A stretch of 64,000 nucleotides of DNA from Nymphaea colorata (taxonomy: Eukaryota): assembly GCF_008831285.2 (NCBI RefSeq), contig NC_045138.2:18166001-18230000 (forward strand), written 5' to 3'. This document shows positions 12,965 to 23,919 of this stretch, in pieces. Position 1 is the first letter of the stretch, and every line of letters starts with the position of its first letter. A program made the position numbers and the translations under genes. The notes below the pieces were generated by a model. That model did no database searches, was not told the DNA's origin, and was given only the letters and a program-made list of their open reading frames with translations.

Positions 12965-13283
12965 ATAATTTATGATTATTTTCATTTAGGAATGAAATCT
13001 TATTAAAATTGGAAATGAAAATGTAAGAATAGAACATAATTTATGAATCTATTTATTTTGAAAAGAAATCTTATTAGAACATGGAAATAAAAAATATAGG
13101 ATTAAAAACTAATTTATTAATCTTTCATTTAGGAAAGAAATCTTATTGGCAATTGGAATTCAACAAGCTAGTGATACATATATAAAATGGACAATCCACC
13201 CTAGGCACGGCCACTATTAGTAGCAATGATAGAGAATCCCAAGCTTCTTTGGGCATTCATCCATAGATCTACTCCATTCTCCC
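12965..13283 (+). promoter_or_regulatory. Promoter-like cassette copy 2 (TATA 13179-13187)
   Basis: Same 3x70-bp repeat, TATATAAAA and leader as 3271-3589. Confidence 0.5.
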
Positions 13284-15751
13284 TTTAAATATTATATTTA
13301 AAGTGTTTTTTTTTTTAAATCTAACCATACCAATGTGATCTTAAAGATAGGTTGGTGCACAATATATAGTATGTTGATTAGTTTTAATATATAGTAAATG
13401 GATGCTCCGCCTGAATTTCCTATAATGATGCCGAAGTAGTTTATCTATCAATGGCATAACGACTTAAAGATGTTTAGGTATCTATACTTGGATCTGCAAG
13501 TTCCATCTAGTATGCTTGACTGTAATAAAGAAGAACCATGGTCCAGGAAAGCTGTGAACTAATAATAAAAGGATATGTTGGCTAAAGAAGCGATATTGCT
13601 TCCAATTAAGCTGGATTCTCGATTATCTGCTTGATTTTCTATCTTACCTAAAATTCAAAAGAGAAATTGGTCCTTGGCTACAGGTACATTGTATATTTGA
13701 ACCTTGAATCCCTTGTGTATCAAATATGTTTCTCTGTTTGTGTGTGTGTAGTGCTCACTTGTAAGTGCGTTGAGCTTAGAGCTGGTAAATAATTTTTTGT
13801 TACCAAGATGACCATTAGAGGGGAGGTACATAATAGAGAAGGTGCCCGCAATCGTGGAGAGTGTGATATTGAACTCCAAACTTTATCAGTTTTCATCAGA
13901 GTGACAGGAAACCCATCCAAAATCTTCTATTCAATGAATATCTTATGACCATCCGGAGCTCTAAATAAAATTACTAGTCAGGCGTTGTGGAAGCTAGTCT
14001 GCCCTATTCAACAAAAGAAAAAGGAAAAAGTGGTTAAAATCAATCCACTTAGTCATACACTTTTGTCATATTAAGATCCCCCTCTTACACCATCGGTGGG
14101 TTGCATTACTTCTGCAATTACATCGTCATAGAGCCATCTCCCATTAAAAATATCGCTTGCTTTTTTCCAATAATCTTACTACGAATGCTCCACATACAAT
14201 ATGATTGCATATTTGATTTTATATAAAAAAATTGCATAGGGAAATAGGTCTGAGCTCTTAACGGTAGTTCTATTAATTTTATAAACAAACTTAGTGATGA
14301 TAATTAAAATTTTCAGAGGAACAATGTCTTAACTTAGCTCAGATAGAGTTCGAGAATAAAGAATGAATCCTTACTTCTTCAAGCGTTGGGGAGATAATTT
14401 GAAGCTACTCTCCTAAACTTTCCAATCACAAAAGCCAAGATATTTATAAATATATGAGTGGTATCTTTTAAATGTATTAATTTTATTTTGAGCTATCCTT
14501 AAACGTATGTTTCATACCACATTTGTGCACATATGGGTGGGTGGCTGGCAACCACTACCTATCTCAATGGTAGCACGAAATGGATTCAAAATGGAATAAA
14601 CCTGATAACTGGGCCCACTCATATGTGTATTTTACAGTTGATAGAGACTAGCAGTGAAGTTTTCGAGGGCATTACTAACTTCTTTGCTGATTCACATAAA
14701 GAATCCTGCTCTTACTAACTCCTTTAGCTCTAGATCAGCGGTAGACAACTGAAAAATAAAGCAGTAATGAGTCATTTTCTTTCCATATTTAAGGGAGAAA
14801 ATTCATGAGTCCCACACGGTTGTAGAACCTGATAACCTTTTAGGTGTTTGGTTTTGACTCGAAGAAACTGCCATGGTATTCACTCTTATGGCATCCAGCT
14901 TTCGGCGCAATCGAGTCGCGTACAAATGTCGAAGCTGAAAAGGGTCCAGCAGCCACATTGTTACGGGCTAAGTGCATGATCCGGATCCGGATCCAGTTCG
15001 TATCCACAATTGAATACAGAATATGTGGATCTGTAGTATGATGGAAAAAGAGTTGTTAAATAAATGCATGGGTTTGGGAGTCACTATTCAACCCAAAACG
15101 CTGTGTGGTTGGTGCACGCCCCAAAAGGTAGGGAAAAAATTTTTGAAAAAAAAAAAAATCAAATGTAACAAAGACTTGAGTTTTTGACAATTTTAAATTC
15201 ATTTAAGAAAACACAAGCACAGCCGTGAACAATTGTTATGTTTCAAACTACATGTCAAGGGCCAGCCACTTTTACATAACGAAAGACAAAAGGAGCCATT
15301 TGACCCAAAAACAAGTTGGGTCTTTATCTTTTGCATGCATGGTGGAGAAAGGGTGCTCGCACTAGCCAACAGTTAGCAATATGCTTGGATATCGTGCCCG
15401 ACTTGGGCTTAGGCCCAAGCCCAGATATTGAGCGCCAGGTCGACTTGGGTGGGCCCGACTCAGTTCAATTAATCCAAATAATTTATATTTATTAAACTTT
15501 TATTATTTATATACACAATTATATATTTTTTATTATGGTTAAATCCCATTTATATATTATTTTATGCTTAAATTTTTTCTTAATGTTAATTTTAAAGAAT
15601 TTAAAATTGTCGAATACTCTAGCTGTGTTACATTTGATTTTTTTTTTTTTTGTTGTTTTAGGTGATCAATGGGTACGCAATATTCTCTTTAATCCCTTTA
15701 CTTGACCTGGATTTTAATGTGTACGATTCCATTTTTCTTAATGTGTACGCA

Positions 15752-16219
15752 ATAAGTCCCTACTGGGCGTGTGGAACCTCTATGATTCGGATCATAGAGG
15801 TTCTCATGTTAATTCCTCTGAAGGAGCCCGCTTTTGCTTTTGCTTTCGCCCTTTACATCCACTTGAAAACTGGCCACGCCATCGTTCATTTTTGGCAAAG
15901 ATGAGAACACTTTTCAACTTGGTAGAATAATATAAAAGGTAATAAAGTTTCAAAGAGCCTTCAAATACATTATAAAGCTTGATTCATGAAAGTTGAACCA
16001 AATGAGAAATTTCTCATGTGGAACCTCTATACCTTTTATATTATTCTACCAAGTTGAAAAGTGTTCTCATCTTTGCCAAAAATGAACGATGGCGTGGCCA
16101 GTTTTCAAGTGGATGTAAAGGGCGAAAGCAAAAGCAAAAGCAGGCTCCTTCAGAGGAATTAACATGAGAACCTCTATGATCCGAATCATAGAGGTTCCAC
16201 ACGCCCAGTAGGGACTTAT
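15752..16219. repeat. Near-perfect fold-back, 190-bp arms (15752-15941 / 16030-16219)
   Basis: One mismatch seen between arms; each arm carries a nested palindrome AACCTCTATGAT-N4-ATCATAGAGGTT. Confidence 0.95.
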
Positions 16220-16669
16220 GCCTCCAGCTCGGACTCTTAGTTGGTTCTCCGCATCAATGTGCTCAACGTCTGGTGTTTTTTCTTTTCAGTTTTAACCATG
16301 CCATCGTTTAAATCCTCATAAAACATCTTGCTTTTTAAAAGAGATACGGTGAGCAGAAATGGTGAAGAAAGCACCCTTCTTACTCTACCCAAGAACAGTG
16401 AAGAAACATTTTTGGCAAGTCTACTTGGAAATCAACCAAGTTGGCTCGGCTTTGTTGGGTCATGATTCAGAACCCAAGCCAGTTAGCACCAAAATTAGGC
16501 CATAGTGGCCGACTCGCTGGATTTAATGCAACAGTCCAAGTTTGGTTCAACTGTTTTAAAGTGTAAAAACTAATCTGTGGTCCTTAGTTTTTCAGCCATT
16601 TTTTTACTTTTTTTTTTCTCTCTAATGAAAGCTTTTAGTGGGGGCATGAAGCAGTACATAGGAAGGAAA

Positions 16670-17004
16670 CAAAAGTGGTACGGCGCAGGAAGAGTGGAGT
16701 GGGGGAGTGAATCTACGGATGAATGCCAACAAAAGCTAGGGATTCTCTATCATTACGGTGGTGCGTGGGGTTGATTTTTCATTTTATATATGTATCTCCA
16801 GCTTGTTGAATTTCAATTGTCAATAAGATTTCTTTCCTAAATGAAAGATTAATAAATTATTTTTTTAATCCTATATTTTTTTTTCAAGTTCTAATAAGAT
16901 TTCTTTCTTAAATGAAAAGATTCATAAATTATGTTTTATTCTTACCTTTTCATTTCCAATTTTAATAAGATTTTTATTACTAAATTAAAATATTCATGAA
17001 TTAT
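16670..17004 (-). promoter_or_regulatory. Promoter-like cassette copy 3 (TATA at 16782-16790, minus strand)
   Basis: Reverse complement of the cassette; points toward the 15752-16219 fold-back. Confidence 0.5.
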
Positions 17005-17971
17005 CTTTAAGATTTATCTTTATTTACTGCCCTAAAGGGCTTAACTTAGTTGTTTGAGCTTTTTGGTAAAAGAGGTTTTCCATTATTAGCCAGCATTATA
17101 TCTCTATGGTGTATGAGTAGGGATGTCAAGTGATCAAATTCAACTCAAATGTACCATTCACTGTATCCGCTTTTGCAGATATTTACAAACTCGCATTCTA
17201 ATACGAACTAAGAAAAGTGACGTCCAAATTCGAACCTGAAATCCAATTTCATAATCTGAATCTGAATTTTACATTTATAACCAAATACAAATTTTGAACC
17301 AAATTTGACCAACTTTAAAAATGTAAGAGTATCGGATATGGGATATTTGTTTAAAAATAAATATTTCAATTCGAATCTGTATCTAATAGGATATTTATTT
17401 GTGTATTCAAATTCAATCAGATTTCATTCCTTAAATCTAAATATGATTTTTTTTTAATCAGATACTAAATTTTCCATCATATCCAATTTTTTTGGAATGG
17501 TTCTGTGGACGTTGCAAGTACATTGACATCCCTACCATATATGAAGTGAAGCGAGGTACCTAATTGACAGTGTTGTCGCTACATCAAATACGGATGCAAT
17601 TTTGTGCCTTATTGGCGAGGGAAAGGAGAGGGATTTTAGTTCTCAAGCAATTAGATTTGCAAACAGCAGCACAAACTGTGCTGAGAGTTGGATGGCCTAG
17701 CTAGGTCACATAAAAGTGAATTTCATTAAAGTTTAATTGCACACACACACACACAAGGAAGTCGACTCCAAGTTAGCCTCCAAAGTTTTATGGTAAGAAA
17801 AAGATACTCTCAAGATCTGTGTCAAACAACTTAACTCATTTTACACTAAATAAATTTCTCTTAATTTTTTGTTATTGAAAATCATGTCCACCTCGATCAT
17901 GCCTTTTGAAAATAATTACTATCGCAATTTTTTTGTGCAATATTATTCGTTGATCTTTGATGTCCTTAATC

Positions 17972-18358
17972 TAGGGATGTCAATGGATCGGAGTCGAATG
18001 AGATACATACCCTCGACTGTATCCATTTTATTCGATGTCTACATACTCGGAAACTTCAGATTCAAATACGAACGGAGAAAAATCATATCCGAATCCAAAT
18101 TTTTAACTGAATTTGGCCTACATTCAAAATGTAAGAGAATTAGATATATGATATTGGTTTGAAAGTAAATCCAATCCAAATCCATATCTAAATCCCATCA
18201 GATATTTATGTATATCTGAATTCAATCATATGTCATTTCTCAAATCCGAATCTGATCCGATTTTTTAATCAGATATTAATTTTTTTTTCATATCAAATTT
18301 TTTTCAGAACAGTTTGTTTGGACATCCCCAATCTGAATCGGATACATTGACACCCTTA
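17972..18358. mobile_element. hAT-type MITE with perfect 8-bp TSD
   Basis: TSD CCTTAATC at 17964-17971 and 18359-18366; TIR TAGGGATGTCAATG / CATTGACACCCTTA; empty site (single GATTAAGG) at ~30910. Confidence 0.9.
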
Positions 18359-18849
18359 CCTTAATCTCCTTTTTCTCCCTTTCAAATAACATGATAATTT
18401 TATTTGTTAAGTTGCTTCATAGATATAGATTTCTTCACTTGATTTCATTGTCTTTTTTTTTTCTTTTTTGTATACAGAACACCAGGTTTGAAACTTGGGC
18501 GCATTGCATATATCTATAATGTAGGATGAGTTAAACGAAAAAGACGAAAGCAAATTAAAATCATTATAGAATTGTATATGCATATTAAAAGGCATCTTTT
18601 TTTATAAGTTCACGATATTTTAGACTTAAAGATTATTTATAAGGTTAAGTGGAGAAAGTGAAAGTATTAAAAACAAAGGGATGGGTGTCTTTTGTGTGTG
18701 TCTGGAGAGAGGGAGAGAAATGACTGATGTCTTTTGCATCTATTTTCCAGCGTCATATATATATATATATATATGACCGATTCATTTTTGCTCATTATAA
18801 AAACACTATCGAAAACACAAAAATGATCAACTTAATATATATTTTTCAT

Positions 18850-18922
<73 letters not shown>

Positions 18923-19492
18923 CCGATTCATTTTTGCTCATTATAAAAACACTATCGAAAACACAAAAATGATCAACTTAATATATATTTTTCATCAACT
19001 TATACTGAAGGTTATATTGGTAAGGTTAGATTTCAAAAAAATCACTTTGAATATCATATTTAATGGCCTTGGTTTTTGTCCCTAGCCTATCGGTCTGTCT
19101 CCTACCAATATTTAGAGAAACTGGTAGAAGTGAGACACTTAGATCAGGGATGAAAACTAAACCGTTTAATTTTTTTCTTTAAAAAATTATTCCAAATAAA
19201 TAAAAACATGCTAAGATACTTATAAAAACTATTTTGATATAAAACATTCTTTCTGTTTTACATCATTCGGGATTGTTTTTGTTGTTTAATCTTTCTTGAG
19301 AATTCTTTCCCCATGGCATGGAAATGTTTGTAATTATTTATGCTAAAATTGAAAGTGAAAATTTTCTCTCATTGATAATTTCTTCTTTGGGGCATGGGTG
19401 GGATTGGTTCTGTCCTATAATTAAGATCATTAAATATGGTGATTATGTGCAGAAGTTACTAGATTGTTGTCAGCAGTGTTAGAGCCAGAAAA

Positions 19493-19649
<157 letters not shown>

Positions 19650-20649
19650 ATGGTCATTTAAAAATAAAGAAATTTAAAGAGACTAGTGTAAACTAGTTGC
19701 CCACACCTGTCACCATGTGGCTCCACCACTAGTCATGGGAGTTCCTAGATGAAATGCTAGCTCGTAATTTTTTCAACAGTTAAGAGACGACAACCAATTT
19801 TTATACCGCATTGAATGAAACATGAAAATAAGATGTCTAGATGAAAAATATGAAGTATTCGCAGACGTTGGGTTATGGAACCTAGAACTTTTAGTTCCAC
19901 CCCACAAATGAAGCAGTATTAAGTACCTTAGATTTTAATTCCAAACATTTTTTCGTCAAATAAACAAATGCTACCTTAAAGGAGGAAAACTTGGCGCTTG
20001 AGCTCTAGCTCAAGATAGCTCAAGCACAATAAGAAGAAGGAAAGCCGACAGGTTAGAAGACATGATCATATTTTGAGCCTTGATATTCATAACGAGACAG
20101 AGGTGAGCCATTCTTCGAGAGCTTTATATAACTTACCTTTCTTCATTATTGGAAAATGCATGCGTCCAAAATTTTCATATTTGCCTAGACACTGACTGCC
20201 ATATATAGGTTCAAAATATTTGAGTCCTTATATTCAAATTTTCGTGTAATTATGGTGATGCTCGGACATACACTTCAGTATCTAATCTCACTTTTCTGCT
20301 GTAGTAATTGAATTACCTTAAGTCCATATATGGATTAATTGAGCGACTTAAGTAAAGTATTTTCTTAAGCTCTTATTAAAATTACTTTTATTTGACTTAG
20401 GTTGTCCAACTTCCATGCATAAATCGTGCTGGGATTCGCAAGTCTAATTGCATGAATGACTTCAATGTCAAACAATGTAAAATCTGGTATGACATAGGAG
20501 TATTAATTACGTCTACCCTCATATGCTACAACTGTGTCTGTGTTTGGTGTAGTGATGACATACTGGCAAAAATCGAGAACCACATTTGCCAGTATCTTGA
20601 ACAACTATGGTATACTCCTTAGGACAGTTAAAAAAGGTAAAATTAAAAG

Positions 20650-20930
20650 ACAATTTATGAATATTTTCATTTAGAAATGAAATCTTATTGTAAATTGGAA
20701 TTCAAAAGCTAAGATTAAAGCATAATTTATAAAGTTTTTCATTTAGGAGAAAAATCTTATAAGAAATTAGAAAATGTAAGATTAAAAAATAATTTATCAA
20801 TCTTTTCTTTCAAGAAAGAAATTTTATTAACAAATAACATTCAACAATATGGTGATACCTATATAAAGTGCAAAATCCACCCGAAGCAACACCACTATTC
20901 CTAGAGATGATAGAGAACCTCAAGCTTCTG
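20650..20930 (+). promoter_or_regulatory. Promoter-like cassette copy 4 (TATA 20860-20867)
   Basis: 3x repeat + TATATAAA + leader CACCACTATT..GATGATAGAGAA..CAAGCTTCT. Confidence 0.5.
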
Positions 20931-21389
20931 TGGCCACACCACCCAACACACACAACTTTCATCATATTGTGCCCTCCAAAGAGCAACTCGTCTCAAAACA
21001 AAAGATGCTGGTTTAAAGAATGAGTGATTGCCATTCTCCGACCTCTACTGCCCAAACAGAGAATGGAAAGCTAATGCGTTCCACTTATTGAACAAGGTAT
21101 TCATGAACGGTCTATGACCCCTAGATGCCAAAGGCGTCCATGGGGTGATCTTGTAGTTCCTACGAGGTGGAGATGATGAGGTCGGTCCATAGATTTTCCT
21201 TCCTTTTGCCTCATTTTGCTCAAAGGGTTGAAGGGAAATAGGGTATCAAGCTGTTCTCAGGGGCCAACTTGATCCTCTTCCCCAGTCGACCCATATATCC
21301 ACTCCATCCTCCTTGTGTGTACCACTATAATTTCCTTTTAGGTTTCTTGCATGAATTTCTCACTTTTTATGTCAGCTTTGACTTCTAGT

Positions 21390-21475
<86 letters not shown>

Positions 21476-21479
21476 CTAC

Positions 21480-21748
21480 GGTGGTTTCCTCCCAGATCTG
21501 ATGTAATCTTTTGACCATGCAAGTAAAATTGTAAGGCACTAGTAGGAGAACACCCACGAATGGGAGGATAAACGGTTCCAAGCGCAATCAGCTGAGGACA
21601 CATTTCAATCTAGATACACTATTAGCAGCAGTGATACATTTCTCCTCCTATATAACTCTGGATGTTCTCCTGCTAGTGCTTGTAATTTACTTGCATGCAT
21701 GGCCAGAAGATTACATATTTCCGGCGTCGGACATGGGAGAAACCATCA
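21480..21748 (+). ncRNA. Candidate hairpin/pre-miRNA-like fold-back (~75-85 bp imperfect stem, ~110-nt loop)
   Basis: CATGCAAGTAAAATTGTAAGGCACTAGTAGGAGAACA pairs with TGTTCTCCTGCTAGTGCTTGTAATTTACTTGCATG; family members at 32267-32518, 12720-12860, 61167-61245, 62585-62690; expression unknown. Confidence 0.4.
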
Positions 21749-22044
21749 AAACCATTGAACATCATTCCTCACTGCTCTGATGAGAATGCATACGTGCACG
21801 TCTCTGCTTTCCTTAGGAGGGAGGAGAGAGAGGGATGTTGTGTCTGGGACCCAAGAAGCAAAGCCAAAGACAACAAAACAATAACATGTGTTGAGGGGCA
21901 ATGTGGTGTAGGTTCGGATCGGGTATTTGGTTGAACCAATTTCAGTCGGGGCTGGGTTTGGTGAACCACTTTGGTGAATTGCGTGGTTGAGCAAAGGATT
22001 CCCTTCAACGACCTTGGAGGGATGGGGCAGATTGGATCACACAT

Positions 22045-23243
22045 TATTTCTCATGATTTCAAACCATCGACGGCCCTCCTCCACCTTGCCTGCATGGCTG
22101 CAAGCAACCAAAACCCCAACGAACGTGATCCCATTGGGCCTAACCATTTTCTCCCTTTGCATCTCCTCAAAGAGGGAGAGAGCCGACTCGGCATGGCCAT
22201 GAAATGTCAACCCCACAATTATTGAGTTCCAGGAAGAAACATCTCTTTCATGCATCTGGTTAAACACCCTCAGCGAATCAACTATGCTACCGCATTTTGC
22301 ATACATGTCTATGAGTGCGTTTCCCAGAACGACGCGCAATTCATTGACTGCATCACCTTGTTCCAAAACAGTGTGAATCCTCTTACCAATGTCTAAGGCC
22401 CCGACATCAGCGCAAGCCGAAAGTAGACTCAACATGGTAACCTCATCAGGCCTCTCACCCGCCTACTGCATCTCCTCGAACAACTCCATTGCTCGGCTCT
22501 GATCCCCACAAAGCACATATCCAGAAATCATTGCGTTCTCTGAGGGATCTCATTGAACAGTCGACGAGCCGACTCCATATCGCCGCATTTTGTGTATGCG
22601 GTGACCATGACATTCCATGAAATCAGGCATTCTATCAAACAAGTCGCGTGCATCCTCGATCTTACCCTTCCTCGCGTACCCAACTGTGAGAGCAGACCAA
22701 GCAACAACATCTCTTTGAGCCATTTCATCAAACAATTGGCGGGCAACTTCCAAGCTGCCGCTACCTGCATTCAAGTGGATGAGAGAGTTCCTTACAAACA
22801 CATCCGATTGAAGCCCCAGATTTAGAACACAACAGTCCACTGGTTTCCGACAGAAATAGATCCTAACTTCGAGCATGCCTTCAGAAGAAAAAGGGAACGT
22901 GAAGCTATCTGGTTTCACGTGAGATTTCTCCATCTGGGAGTACAGAAAAATGGCGTCAATGGGCACCGAACTTTGAGAGAAACCTCTGATCATGGTGCTC
23001 CAGATGAAAACCTCCGGTGTCAGGACATGGCCGAAGATATTCCGAGCGTAATGCATGTTGCCAGGGATGGTGATGGCACAGGCAAACACAAGCTCTCGCA
23101 GCGCAGATGCATCGCTGTTGAAGCCATGGACAACCATGTGAGCATGAATTTGCTTGAGAGTGCGGAGGGTGGTGATCTTCTTCCAGATAGAGCTAATGGC
23201 CCGCTTGGTTGCGGGGTTTGCCTTCGATTTCCTAGATGATCAT
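22045..23243 (-). pseudogene. PLS-class pentatricopeptide repeat pseudogene, At5g15300 (PCMP-E40)-like, 3'-truncated
   Basis: MI..RKSKANPATKRAISSIWKKITTLRTLKQIHAHMVVHG, LGNALIDMYAKCGS, PNGITFVGVLVACSHAGKVEEG; frameshift just after the ATG and several more; ends after EGRRWFEIMRN with no E domain; orthology is from recollection. Confidence 0.9.
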
Positions 23244-23919
23244 AACTCAATCCCCTCCCCTGCGATGGCGGAGAGATTTTTGGCGGAGGCGGAACTAATC
23301 CGCAGTAAATGAAAAAAACTGTAAAATTAAAATAAACATTATGTTAAAGGCAAGTCAAATAGCTACAATTATGAGCAGTAATTTAAAATTGGTCTCAAAA
23401 AGTACATCGGTTTGATCAAAGTTACGACTGGCCACACAAAAACAGATCAAATAAATGTAGTTCATACTTGTCCAATTTTCTATGTCCATGTTATGGATAA
23501 CATGCATCTTTTAACAAATTCTATCATTAGCTAAATCATCACAATTCAAGCTGCTGATTTGTCTCAATTATTTCCCCTCTTTAACAAATACCTTCTATCA
23601 GTGCATGTAAAAAAAACATCACAATAACCATAGCATTACAACTATAGGCTTTTGGCATGTCTCAGCAAATAGCTTTTATTAATGGATCCTATCCTAAATA
23701 ACTTCTAGCAAAATATGTAGAACATAATCTTGTATTGCTAAACATGTTTTAACAAAAAGTGCATTAATATGTTCAATATCTTGAAGAACTTGGAAAGAAA
23801 ATCATGAAGATTTTCTATGTTTTGCAAGTCTCTCTGAAAGAGCACTTCCTTTGACAAACTAAAATCAAGGTTGAACAAACTAAAATCAGGACACACCAAT
23901 TGAAGTAGCACAGACTTGA

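Noticed and set aside
21040..21280. Possible LINE ORF2 fragment on minus strand (ENLWTDLII..; also ~31860-32080) and a LINE-like piece at ~41950-42040
   Set aside because: Similarity too short and degenerate to support without BLASTx
21555..21580. CACGAATGGGAGGATAAACGG as a miR482/2118 target site in the hairpin loop
   Set aside because: Only the GAATGGGAGG core matches; the region pairing to the miRNA 5' end is poor and paralogues (12765, 32349, 62675) diverge
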